From: Alphaproteobacteria bacterium
Lineage (GTDB): Bacteria; Pseudomonadota; Alphaproteobacteria; Bin95
Assembly: GCA_963665325.3 (NCBI GenBank)
Contig: CAXXWS020000003.1
Location: 1 to 64,000 of the forward strand
Direction of reading: 5' to 3'
DNA: 64,000 nucleotides
Position numbers and translations under genes: made by a program. Positions 40,685-49,978 of this stretch are shown in pieces. The notes under the pieces were generated by a model. The model did no database searches, was not told the DNA's origin, and worked only from the letters and a program-made list of their open reading frames with translations. Numbering within the stretch: position 1 is the stretch's first letter; each line of letters starts with the position of its first letter.

Positions 40685-41011
40685 TCAATCGCGGGCGTTG
40701 TGTTCAGCGATGCCGGCAAGCTCGACCGGAGGGCGGTCGGGGAAGCGGGCAACCAGTGACAGGCTGCCGCCCATCGCCTCGACGGTCTTGCGCAGCGTGG
40801 ACAGCAGCAGGTCGCTGCGCTGTTCCAGCCGGGAGATGGCGTCCTGGCTGATACCGAGCTCGCGCGCGACGCTCGCCTGGGTGAGCCGACGGGCCTTGCG
40901 CAGCTCGCGCAACGTCATTTCCTCGGCGATCAGCTCAGCCGCCCGCTCCTCGATCCTGCGCCGTCGCTCGGGGTCGAGGCCGGCGATCACGTCTTCCACA
41001 TCCAGCGCCAT
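40685..41011 (-). CDS. XRE/HTH antitoxin (HigA-like)
   Basis: LRELRKARRLTQASVARELGISQDAISRLEQRSDLLLSTLR. Confidence 0.9.
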   Translation of the reverse strand: MALDVEDVIAGLDPERRRRIEERAAELIAEEMTLRELRKARRLTQASVARELGISQDAISRLEQRSDLLLSTLRKTVEAMGGSLSLVARFPDRPPVELAGIAEHNARD

Positions 41012-41026
41012 GACGATTCTCCTTCT

Positions 41027-41383
41027 CTATCTGTCGGCGAGCCGGGCAAGGTGCCGGTCGAAGCGTTCGTCGGCCTTGCGGATCAATACGCGGTAGAACC
41101 GCCGCTCGCTGCCGCCCGACTTGTCGCCGGCCACCAGAAGCATGGCGCGGCGGACGGGATCGAACGCGAAGGCGACCCGCCACTCCCCGCCTGCCGCGCT
41201 GAGCCGCATCTCCTTCATGTTCGCGTGCCGCGACCCGTTCAGCGTGTCCACCTGCGGCCGGCCCAGTTGCGGACCGAACTGCCGCAGAAGGCGCGTCATG
41301 GTCAGGATCGTATCCTGAACCTCCAACTGTAGAGCAAAGAACTCGGGCTCGAACTCCTCGGCAATCCGGACCTGCCAACTCAT
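41027..41383 (-). CDS. RelE/HigB-like (Gp49-type) toxin
   Basis: GPQLGRPQVDTLNGSRHANMKEMR…WRVAFAFDP.R..LLVAGDK; toxin-first gene order. Confidence 0.9.
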   Translation of the reverse strand: MSWQVRIAEEFEPEFFALQLEVQDTILTMTRLLRQFGPQLGRPQVDTLNGSRHANMKEMRLSAAGGEWRVAFAFDPVRRAMLLVAGDKSGGSERRFYRVLIRKADERFDRHLARLADR

Positions 41384-41424
41384 GACGGCAGGATGGAACT
41401 GCCGCGATATGAAGTCAAGGACAT

Positions 41425-41562
41425 GTCCGCGGCGGCGGCTGGTCCCTGCGGTGCGGCATCGTCATCGCATCGAACCTCCACGGCCTCGAGAGGCGTCGCG
41501 GCCGGGGTGGAGCCTCACCCGGGCGCGGACCCGGCGAACTCTACGCCATGGCGGGCGCGGGC
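41425..41562. repeat. ~138-bp direct repeat, copy 2
   Basis: Ungapped alignment to 40445..40582. Confidence 0.9.
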
Positions 41563-41758
41563 GGACATCGCGGCTCAGGCGCTTCCCTTGCGGTTGCGGC
41601 GGTGGTACAAGGTGGAAGACCACCGTGCGATACTTGGCGTCCTTCGACCTTGGGGGGCGCCGTCGCCCCGACACAGTAGGGACAGGGCCATGATCGGATA
41701 TGTGAACAGGGCTTGGGTTGCGTTCTCCGCCGCCGTTGCGGCGATGGGCAATTCGGGG

Positions 41759-41790
41759 TTGACAAACGGAGATGACGCCACGGCTATAAT
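41759..41790 (+). promoter_or_regulatory. Sigma70-like hexamers TTGACA / TATAAT (20-bp spacer)
   Basis: Both consensus hexamers lie in GC-rich DNA, but the spacer is longer than the usual 17 bp. Confidence 0.45.
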
Positions 41791-41901
41791 GGTCGCCGGG
41801 TCGCCGGGTCGCCGGGTCGCCGGGTCGCCGGGTCGCCGGGTCGCCGGGTCGCCGGGTCGCCGGGTCGCCGGGTCGCCGGGTCGCCGGGTCGCCGGGTCGC
41901 C
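41791..41901. repeat. Perfect 8-bp tandem repeat (GGTCGCCG) x ~13.9
   Basis: 111 bp, uninterrupted. Confidence 0.97.
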
Positions 41902-41915
41902 CCACCTGCGTCCGC

Positions 41916-44900
41916 GTGACGGCCATGAGCGTTCCCGCATGGCTATGCCGCTACTGGCGTCCCTCCTCACCGCCTGAATCTTCCTCCTCCGCCGGACTGC
42001 GTTCAGCATCAGGCCGTCCCGCTTCCTCCTCAGACAGCTTCGATTCTTCCGTCACCCGTGCCGCAGCGGGCGTGCGCCATGCCGCGCCCGGCCCGCGCGC
42101 TTTCCTTGCTTCCGCGTTCCCGGGCGCCTCCACTGCGGGCCGCCTCCTCCGCCGTTCCGCGGCGGCGTTCCTGCTCGCCCTGCCGCTTCTGGGCGTGTCG
42201 GCGCCTGCCGTCCTTGCCCAGGGCCCGGTATTATCTATTGCTACAGGCACCACCCCCACACCAGAAGATACTCCGCATGGGATTCTGAATTGCAACATTC
42301 TGGGCGGCGTAAATCCATCGATGAGAATCAATCTGCACGTCACCCAGACCGGCGACTTTCTGAGGCCCGGACAGACCGGCAACAGGGTGTACATTCCAAA
42401 CATCCCTAGGAACACTGGGTTCGTTCCAGTAACGATTGACAACGACAACGTGGACGAGCCCGACGGCACGGTGACCTGCACGCTGCTGCCCGGCACGGGA
42501 TATAGGGTCCATAGCACACGGGATAGGTCTGATAGACCCATCGCTGACGACGATCCGACCATCGTCTCGCTCGCGCGTGTGGGCAGCGGCGCGGTTGACG
42601 AGGGGAGCACGGCGGAGTTCACGGTGACGCTGGGCCGCGCGCTGGTTGCGGGCGAGATCGTGGACGTTCCGCTGGCGGTCGGCGGCACGGCCTCCACGGC
42701 CGACCGGAGCCTGGCGCTGAAGTCCGGCGGGTCCCTCAACACGGGCGTGACGCTTACGGGCCAGGCGACGGCGACCCCGAAGCTGCGCTTCTCGGGCGCG
42801 GCCGCGCAGACGGCGACGCTGGTGCTGACCGCTAGGTACGACTCCTGGAAAGACCACGGCGAGACCGTCACGGTGGCGCTGGGCCCGGACGGCACGGGGT
42901 CGAACGGGTTCGACCACTCCAGCGGCGGCACCAACGTGGGCGGCGGCGCGGACCCGCACGGCACGAACAACGAGTTCACCGTCACCATCAACAACACCAT
43001 CGCCACCACCAGCGCGGGCCACTTCTGGTTCGATTCGTGGCCCGCAGATGGAGCCGGAAATGTCGCACTCGGCTCCTCATCTACCATTTACGAAGGGGAC
43101 AGCATCACCTACACGGTCAAGAGGAGTCAGGAAGCTGGCGCGGCCACGGTGGACTATGCGACCGCCGACATCTCGGCCAAAGCGCCCGGCGACTACACCC
43201 ATGTCTCGGGCACCCTGCACTTCGCACGTGGTGATCGTTTCAAGAGTTTCACCGTCCGGACCGTTTGCGACAACGTGGGGCATGAACTCCCCGAGCAGTT
43301 CTGGCTGATCCTGTCGAACCCGACCGGCGGGTATAGCCTTACCAGTACAAACAGAACCTACCCGCACAAAAGCAGGGTGATGATAAAGCCGGTGCGTAAC
43401 TGTACGGGGGGGCAGCGCAAGCTGACGGTCCCGGAGGTGACGATCTCGGCGGACCGGGCCTCGGTGACGGAGGGCGGCGACGTGACGTTCACGGCGACGG
43501 CGAGCCCTGCGCCGCAGCAGGCCCTGACGGTGAACGTCGGTCACTTCGAGGAAATGGGGGACGGCCTGGAATACCGGGGCCAGGGGGGAACGGACACGGT
43601 GACGATCGCGGTGGGCCAGACGACGGCGAGCTGGACGGTGACGACGATGTCGGACGAGGACGACCTGGCCGACGGCACGGTGGTGGGCAACATTGCAGCG
43701 GGCGACAACTACACGGTAGGCGATCCGTCGGAGGTGACGGTTGCGCTGCTCGACGACGACGGGGCGGTGCCGCAGGACGTGCCGGATTCGGTCGTGGGCG
43801 ACCCCGCGACCCCGGCCATCGACCCGGCGCTGGTCGCCGAGGTCAGGGCCCGCGCGGCGGAGACGCGGCACGGCGCGGCGCATGTGAACCGCTGGCGGCG
43901 GGTGCTGATGGCGTTCGGTGTGGAGACCTATGCGGGTCTCGCGCCGACGACGGCGGCGGAGGCCAAGGCGAACGCGAAGCGGTACAGCAGCCCGCTGTGG
44001 CCCCGGATCGCGACCGTGCTGACGGCGCTGGAGGCGGCGGCCGCACTGGCGGAGCAGCAGGAACAACAACCCGCGACCGTGCCCGGGATCACGGTCTCGG
44101 CCGGCAACGCGGTGACCGAGGGCGAGGACGCGACTTTCACGGTCACGGCGAGCCCGGCGCCTGCCTCGCCCCTGTCGGTGAGCGTGACGGTGGCGGCCGA
44201 GGGCGACTTCGGACTGACCGTGGGCGAGCGGCCCGTCACCATCCCGACGACGGGCAGCGTCACGCTGACGCTGACGACGGAGAACGACGACGCCGACGAG
44301 CCCGACGGCTCGGCGAGCGTGACGGTGAATGCGGGCGAGGGCTACACGGTGGGCGATCCCGCGTCCGGCACCGTATCCATAGCGGACGACGACGCGCCGC
44401 TGCCCGGGATCACGGTCTCGGCCGGGGATGCGGTCACCGAAGGCGGCGACGCGACCTTCACGGTCACGGCGAGCCCGGCGCCTACATCGCCCCTGTCGGT
44501 GAGCGTGACGGTGGCGGCCGAGGGCGACTTCGGACTGACCACGGGCACGCGGACCGTCAGCATCCCGACCGCGGGCAGCTTCATGCTGACGCTGGCGACG
44601 ACCGGCGACGATGCGGACGAGCCGGACGGCTCGGCGAGCGTGACGGTGAACGCGGGCGACGGCTACACGGTGGGCGACCCCGCGTCGGGGACGGTCGCGG
44701 TGCGCGACGACGACCTGCCGCCGCCGGCGGTGTCGATCGCGGCGACGGCGGCCTCGGTGACGGAGGGCGGCGCGGCCGCCTTCACGCTGACCGCCGACCG
44801 CGCGCCCGACGCCGACCTGACGGTGACGCTTTCGGTCGCGGAGACCGGGGACGGCGACCATGTGGCGGCGGCGGACGAGGGTCCGGCCACGGCGACGATC

Positions 44901-47069
44901 GCGAAGGGAGCAACGGAGGCGTTGTTCTCCGTCGCCACGGTGGATGACGACGTGGACGAGCCGGACGGTTCGGTCACGGTGACGCTGAAGGACGGCGGGG
45001 GCTACACGGTCCCGTCGCCGCCGGGCAATGCGGCCACGGTGACGGTCTCCGACGACGACGCGGCGGTCGGCCCGGCGCTCTCGGTCGACGATGCGACGGG
45101 CAAGGAGAACGGCCGCCTTCCGGTGATGCCGTTCACGGTGCGGCTGTCGGCGCCCTCGCAGGCGCCGGTGCGGGTGCATGTCTCGACGCGGCCCTCGACG
45201 CCGGTGTCGGCGACCCCGAGGGTCGACTATGCGCCGGGCAGCTACAACCTGCTGTTCCGCGCGGGCGAGACCGAGAAGCAGGTATGGATCTGGATCTACA
45301 ACGACAGCCATGACGAGGAGCCGGAGACGTTCGAGGTGGTGCTGTCGGCGGCGCAAGGCGCGCCGGTGGGCGACGGTGTAGCGGTTGGGACGATCGTGAA
45401 CGACGACCCGATGCCGGCGGCGTGGCTGGCGCGGTTCGGGCGCACGGTGGCGGAGCAGGCGCTGGACGGGATCGCGGGCCGCATGTCGGCGGACCGCACG
45501 CCCGGTATGCAGGGCTCGATCGCCGGGCAGGCGCTCTCGTTCGATCCGGCCGCCAACGACAACCCCGGATCGCGGGGAGCCGGCCCCGGCCTCCGAGCCG
45601 GGGGGGCAGGCGCGGCTGCGGGCAATGTTGCGGCCGGGTCCTCGACACTCGGAGGGACTGGGTCTCCGGCGCTAGCCGACGTCGCGCAGGCGTTCGGCGG
45701 CCAGTCCGGCCACTCCGGCCCGGGCGGCTTCGGTCATGACGCGGCGGGCTTCGGTCCCGGCCTGCAAGCCGGGGAGGCAAGCGCGGCAGGCTTCTCGCAA
45801 TCGCAAACCATGACGGCGCGCGACGCGCTGCTGGGATCGAGCTTCTCGCTGACCGGCGCGGCGGACGGCTCGGGCGGCAGCATGGCGTTCTGGGGCCGTG
45901 CGGCTCAGGGCGGCTTCGACGGCCGGGAGGGGACGTTCTCGCTCGACGGCACGGTCACCACCGGCATGTTGGGCGCGGACTATGCCCGCGGCAAGTGGCT
46001 GGTGGGGCTGGCGCTTGCGCAAAGCGAGGGCGAGGGCGATTACCGCGACAGCGATGTCAGCCCCCGTCCCGACGGCCAGACCTGTCCCGCGATTGACGGA
46101 CAGGAGATGCCGGAGTGGTGCAACGGGGCCGTGCGCGCGGGCGACGGCAGTGTGGAGGCGTCGCTGACGGCGGCGATCCCCTATGCGGCGTTGCAGGCTT
46201 CGGAGCGTCTGAAGCTCTGGGGCGCGGCGGGCTACGGCACGGGCGAAGTGACGCTCAAGACCGCGCTCGGCGGCAGCTACAAGGCGGACACCACCTGGAG
46301 CATGGCGGCGGCGGGGCTCAGGGGCGACCTGCTGGCGCCCCCCGCTGAGGGCAGCGGTCCCGCCCTGGCGGTGACCTCGGACGCCCTGTGGACGCGGAGC
46401 TCGTCTGAGAAGACGGACCAGCTCGCGGCGTCGGACTCCGACGCGACCCGGCTGCGGCTCGGCCTGGAGGGCAGCTACCGCATGGCCTTTGAAGGCGGCG
46501 GTCATGTCACGCCGAAGCTGGAGATCGGCGCGCGCCATGACGGCGGCGACGCGGAGACCGGCTTCGGAGTCGAGCTCGGCGGCGGCATCGCGTGGACCGA
46601 CCCGGCGCTGGGGCTCTCGCTCGACGTGTCGGGCCGCACGCTGATCGCGCACGGCAACGACGACCTGAAGGACCGGGGCTATGCGGCCGCGCTTGCCTTC
46701 GATCCGGACCCGGCGACGCGGCGGGGGCCGTCGCTGAGCCTGCGCCAGGAGTTCGGCGGGCAGGCGCAGGGCGGGCTCGACGCGCTGTTCCAGCCGGCGA
46801 CGCTGGAGGACCGCACGGGCGGCGAGGCCACATCCCGCTGGGCGATGGAGGCGGCATACGGCTTCCCGGCCTTCGGCGGGCGCTGGACCGGCAGCCCGCA
46901 TGTCGGATTGGGGCTGGCGGCGGCTGCGCGCGACTACAGCGTCGGCTGGCGGCTCGCGCCGGAGACCAACGCGCCCGACCTCTCCTTCGGGGTGAAGGCG
47001 AGTCGTCGGGAGACCGATACGGACGCGCCGGAGCATACGGTCGGGTTCGAGGTCCGCGCCCGCTGGTGA
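41916..47069 (+). CDS. Large surface protein: Calx-beta/Ig-like repeats plus C-terminal autotransporter-like beta-barrel (in-frame ATG at 41925)
   Basis: Signal-like FLLALPLLGVSAPAVLAQ; repeated VTEG…F.VT…DD..DEPDG.V.V…Y.VG…V…DDD; PMPAAWLARFGRTVA linker; beta-strand C-terminus ending in W. Confidence 0.88.
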   Translation: MTAMSVPAWLCRYWRPSSPPESSSSAGLRSASGRPASSSDSFDSSVTRAAAGVRHAAPGPRAFLASAFPGASTAGRLLRRSAAAFLLALPLLGVSAPAVLAQGPVLSIATGTTPTPEDTPHGILNCNILGGVNPSMRINLHVTQTGDFLRPGQTGNRVYIPNIPRNTGFVPVTIDNDNVDEPDGTVTCTLLPGTGYRVHSTRDRSDRPIADDDPTIVSLARVGSGAVDEGSTAEFTVTLGRALVAGEIVDVPLAVGGTASTADRSLALKSGGSLNTGVTLTGQATATPKLRFSGAAAQTATLVLTARYDSWKDHGETVTVALGPDGTGSNGFDHSSGGTNVGGGADPHGTNNEFTVTINNTIATTSAGHFWFDSWPADGAGNVALGSSSTIYEGDSITYTVKRSQEAGAATVDYATADISAKAPGDYTHVSGTLHFARGDRFKSFTVRTVCDNVGHELPEQFWLILSNPTGGYSLTSTNRTYPHKSRVMIKPVRNCTGGQRKLTVPEVTISADRASVTEGGDVTFTATASPAPQQALTVNVGHFEEMGDGLEYRGQGGTDTVTIAVGQTTASWTVTTMSDEDDLADGTVVGNIAAGDNYTVGDPSEVTVALLDDDGAVPQDVPDSVVGDPATPAIDPALVAEVRARAAETRHGAAHVNRWRRVLMAFGVETYAGLAPTTAAEAKANAKRYSSPLWPRIATVLTALEAAAALAEQQEQQPATVPGITVSAGNAVTEGEDATFTVTASPAPASPLSVSVTVAAEGDFGLTVGERPVTIPTTGSVTLTLTTENDDADEPDGSASVTVNAGEGYTVGDPASGTVSIADDDAPLPGITVSAGDAVTEGGDATFTVTASPAPTSPLSVSVTVAAEGDFGLTTGTRTVSIPTAGSFMLTLATTGDDADEPDGSASVTVNAGDGYTVGDPASGTVAVRDDDLPPPAVSIAATAASVTEGGAAAFTLTADRAPDADLTVTLSVAETGDGDHVAAADEGPATATIAKGATEALFSVATVDDDVDEPDGSVTVTLKDGGGYTVPSPPGNAATVTVSDDDAAVGPALSVDDATGKENGRLPVMPFTVRLSAPSQAPVRVHVSTRPSTPVSATPRVDYAPGSYNLLFRAGETEKQVWIWIYNDSHDEEPETFEVVLSAAQGAPVGDGVAVGTIVNDDPMPAAWLARFGRTVAEQALDGIAGRMSADRTPGMQGSIAGQALSFDPAANDNPGSRGAGPGLRAGGAGAAAGNVAAGSSTLGGTGSPALADVAQAFGGQSGHSGPGGFGHDAAGFGPGLQAGEASAAGFSQSQTMTARDALLGSSFSLTGAADGSGGSMAFWGRAAQGGFDGREGTFSLDGTVTTGMLGADYARGKWLVGLALAQSEGEGDYRDSDVSPRPDGQTCPAIDGQEMPEWCNGAVRAGDGSVEASLTAAIPYAALQASERLKLWGAAGYGTGEVTLKTALGGSYKADTTWSMAAAGLRGDLLAPPAEGSGPALAVTSDALWTRSSSEKTDQLAASDSDATRLRLGLEGSYRMAFEGGGHVTPKLEIGARHDGGDAETGFGVELGGGIAWTDPALGLSLDVSGRTLIAHGNDDLKDRGYAAALAFDPDPATRRGPSLSLRQEFGGQAQGGLDALFQPATLEDRTGGEATSRWAMEAAYGFPAFGGRWTGSPHVGLGLAAAARDYSVGWRLAPETNAPDLSFGVKASRRETDTDAPEHTVGFEVRARW
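44081..44722 (+). repeat. 321-bp intragenic tandem duplication (two near-identical Calx-beta-like units)
   Basis: GCCCGGGATCACGGTCTCGGCCGG… at 44081 and 44402. Confidence 0.9.
45564..45605. repeat. In-frame palindromic element, copy 1
   Basis: 40/42 nt identical to 55547..55588; encodes PGSRGAGPGLRAGG. Confidence 0.85.
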
Positions 47070-47089
47070 GCGCGGCGCGCGCGTTGACC

Positions 47090-47852
47090 ATGGCGGGATC
47101 CGGCCGAAAGCTGCCCGAGGACGGCGGGGTGTGGGCGTGGCAGGTGCTGCGGGACCGGGAGGACTACCGCGAGGCGTGGGCGGCCCGTGCGGGTTGTGCC
47201 GCCGCGCCCGATCTCGAGCCGGCGCCCTTTCCGGTCCGCGTCCAGTCGGCGGGCGATCTCGACGCGGCGCGCTGGGGTCTGCTGGCCTGGGAGGACCCGG
47301 AGGCGGTGGACGGGCCGGGTTCCGCGTTCTGGTCGGACGCTCCGATGCTGGGTTGCGCGCTCGGCGAGGGCGAGCCGGCGCTTGTCGACCTGCTCGAGGA
47401 GGCCGGGTCCACGGTGACCGGGTTGAGGCTCGCGGGTGGGGCACTGATCCTGAAGATCGAGCGCGGTCCCGATGCGGTGCAGCTGCGGCTGGCCGATGCG
47501 GCGGCGTTCCCCGGGGGCGGCGGCATCGAGCTGCGGCACGGCATTGCAGGGCTGCCGGCGACGGCGGCGCGGGAGCTGGAGCTGTGGGCGCTTGCCGGCG
47601 AGGCGGCTCCCCCTCCCGGGGGCGATATCGGGGGGCGGGGCACGTGAGCTCCTGATTGCGCTGAACGGGCGGCGGGCGAAGAGGGACGCCCGCGTGATCG
47701 CGGTCGAGCTTTACGGCGCGAAGCTGGCGGCGGAGTGGGAGACCGACGGCTGGCTGCGTTCGCGCACGCGGCGCCAGCTGCGCAAGGCGAAGCGGTTCGT
47801 GGAAGAGCGGCGGGGCTGGGACTACCGCGCGATGGCGGTGCGGCCGGGCTGA
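47090..47852 (+). CDS. FseA-like ICE activator (DUF6499 plus DUF2285-like), split by a +1 frameshift near 47610-47645
   Basis: WAWQVLRDREDYREAW and RWGL in 47090..47647; ELLIALNG…IAVELYG…EW…WLRSRTRR…A…YR in the +1 frame to 47852; rdfS-like gene downstream. Confidence 0.75.
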
Positions 47853-48397
47853 GCCGCCGGGCGCCCGGACCGGGCGAAGCCGCCGATGTTCGCCGCTGCC
47901 GGGTGCGGGCCCCGGTGTGTGCGGCCGCGCCCCGGAGCCCGCTCTCCCATGCCGTGTCCGTCATCCGTCACCGTCATGGACGGGGCGCCGGATGCGCCTG
48001 CAGGTCGCCGGGGAGCGGCCCCGGCGCCTGACGGAGGCTGGCATCGTGTGCGGCAATATTCGCCCGGGTTGACGATCCCCGCGATTGCGGCGGGCTGTGC
48101 CATCCGGCTGAACCGCGATCCGGTATTGCCGATGTTCCGTAATCCGGCTGACGGCTGACGGCCGTCCGCCGCCCGCGGGCCGGTGACGCGCAATCGCAAC
48201 CGTCCCTCCACCGCCGGCGCCGGTCCCGCAAACGCCATCCCGCCCGGTCTGCCGGATCGCACCGTTCCGGCGCGGTCCGCCGCCCGATTCGCGATTTCGC
48301 CGCCGTGCTCCGGCCCGTGCCGTGGACGGCGTACGCGCCCGGCCGCGGCGATGTCGGCGCCTGGCGGCCCGTGGCGGTTTCTGGCGGCTCCTGCGGG

Positions 48398-48425
48398 GGG
48401 TCGTTTTCGACTCGCAAAACGACCC
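48398..48425. promoter_or_regulatory. Perfect 10-bp inverted repeat upstream of the rdfS-tra operon
   Basis: GGGTCGTTTT-N8-AAAACGACCC. Confidence 0.5.
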
Positions 48426-48524
48426 TCCCCCCGCGCCCGGTTCTTCGCTTCGATCGCTGCAGCGGACGCGCCCGGAACGGCCCGGGCGGTCCTCGGACCG
48501 AGGCAACGGAGAAGGGGGAACGGG

Positions 48525-48779
48525 ATGGCGAAGAAGACCAGGTATCTGAAGACCCGCAAGGCGGCGAAGCATCTCGGGATGTCGGTGCGCACGCTGGAGC
48601 GCTACCGGCTGTCGGGGGGCGGGCCGGTGTTCCACCGCTTCCGGAGCGGGGTGCGCTACCTGCGCGCGGACCTCGATTCGTGGGCGGCGACGCGGCGGCG
48701 CAATTCGACCTCGGACGACGGTCCGGGGGAGCGCCCCGGTCCGGGGAAGGATCCCGCACCGCCGGGGTCCGGGCGATGA
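48525..48779 (+). CDS. rdfS: Excisionase / recombination directionality factor (HTH_17, RdfS-like)
   Basis: RYLKTRKAAKHLGMSVRTLERYRLSGGGPVFHRF…VRY…DLDSWA…RRNSTSD. Confidence 0.85.
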   Translation: MAKKTRYLKTRKAAKHLGMSVRTLERYRLSGGGPVFHRFRSGVRYLRADLDSWAATRRRNSTSDDGPGERPGPGKDPAPPGSGR

Positions 48780-49090
48780 GGGGCGCGGGAGATGCCGGCG
48801 CCGCGCGCCTTGCCGCCGTCATGGCGCTCGCCGCGGCGGCGGTGCTGGCCGGACCGGATATCGTGCTGGCGAGCACCGACACGACCTTCGGCGATCCGCT
48901 GGATACGGTCGAGGGGATCGTCGGCGGCACCGGCGGGCAGCTCGCGGCGGCGCTCGCCGTCGGCGCGGCCCTGGTCGGCTCGGTGCTGCGCTTCAACGCG
49001 ATGCAGCTGATGGGCGCGGTCGGGGTCGGCATAGCGGCCGGCGCCGGCACCGGCATCGTGACCGGCCTGGTCGGCACGGCGATCGTGTGA
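48776..49090 (+). CDS. traA: Conjugative pilin
   Basis: Small, signal peptide plus two hydrophobic helices, immediately before traL. Confidence 0.7.
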   Translation: MRGAGDAGAARLAAVMALAAAAVLAGPDIVLASTDTTFGDPLDTVEGIVGGTGGQLAAALAVGAALVGSVLRFNAMQLMGAVGVGIAAGAGTGIVTGLVGTAIV

Positions 49091-49383
49091 TGAACGACAC
49101 CGCGCGCCACACCATCCCGCGCCGTCTCGACGACCCGGAGCGCTGGCTGTTCTGGACCGTCGACGAGGCGGCGGCGCTGATGGGCCCGGCGCTCCTCGGG
49201 CTTGCCGCCAACCAGTTCGTGCCGGGGCTGGTGGCCGGCGTCGGCGGCTGGCTGCTGCTCAGGCGCGTGAAGCGCGGCGGCGGGGCCAACATCGCGCGCT
49301 ACGCGCTCTACTGGTTCCTGCCGGACTTCGTGCTGCGCCTTGAACGCACGCCGCCGAGCCATCTGCGGCGCTTCGCCGGGTGA
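49087..49383 (+). CDS. traL: F-type T4SS TraL
   Basis: IPRRLDDPERWLFWTVDE…LYWFLP…TPPS. Confidence 0.9.
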   Translation: MMNDTARHTIPRRLDDPERWLFWTVDEAAALMGPALLGLAANQFVPGLVAGVGGWLLLRRVKRGGGANIARYALYWFLPDFVLRLERTPPSHLRRFAG

Positions 49384-49405
49384 GGCGCGGAGCGGGAACG
49401 GGGCG

Positions 49406-49978
49406 ATGAACCGCGCCTTCATGGAGACCGGCATCCGGCGCGCCCGCGATATCAGGGTGGCGCTGGCCGGGCTGCTGGCGCTGTCGATGACCGCCAACCT
49501 GGCGCTGACCGTGGGCTTCGTCGGGCGCGAGACGGCGACCGTGCTGGTGCCGGCGGCGGCGGGGCCTTCCTGGGCGGTGGGCGGCGGCGGCGCCGGCGAG
49601 GGCCGCGCCGGCGCGCGCTATCTGGAGGACATGGCGCGCACGGTGGCGGTGACGCTGCTGACGCTGACGCCGGAGAACGCGGCCCATGTCCGCCTTGCGG
49701 CGGCGCGCCTGGCGCACCCGTCCGCGCGCGGCGCCATCGGCGCCTGGGTCGAGGCCGAGGCGGCGCGCATGGCCGGGCGCGACCTCGCGAGCGCGTTCTA
49801 TCCCGACAGTATCGAGGCCGACCCGGCGCGGCTCGGCGTCGAGGTCGCGGGCGAGCTGGTGACCTGGATCGGGCGCGAGGAGGCCTCGCGCGAGGACCGG
49901 CGCTACCGGCTCGCGTTCCGCATCGACGCCGGGCGCATCGGCCTTGTGCGCTTCGAACAGATGGAGACCGGAAAATGA
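49406..49978 (+). CDS. traE: F-type T4SS TraE
   Basis: N-terminal TM, TVLVP, YLEDMAR…LLTLTPEN, SAFYP, GELVTWIG. Confidence 0.88.
   Translation: MNRAFMETGIRRARDIRVALAGLLALSMTANLALTVGFVGRETATVLVPAAAGPSWAVGGGGAGEGRAGARYLEDMARTVAVTLLTLTPENAAHVRLAAARLAHPSARGAIGAWVEAEAARMAGRDLASAFYPDSIEADPARLGVEVAGELVTWIGREEASREDRRYRLAFRIDAGRIGLVRFEQMETGK

Noticed and set aside
40445-41562. Repeats as integron attC sites
   Set aside because: No clear RYYYAAC…GTTRRRY ends, and none of the integrases looks like IntI.
41791-41901. Possible CRISPR array
   Set aside because: Contiguous 8-bp units without spacers and no cas genes; it is a microsatellite.
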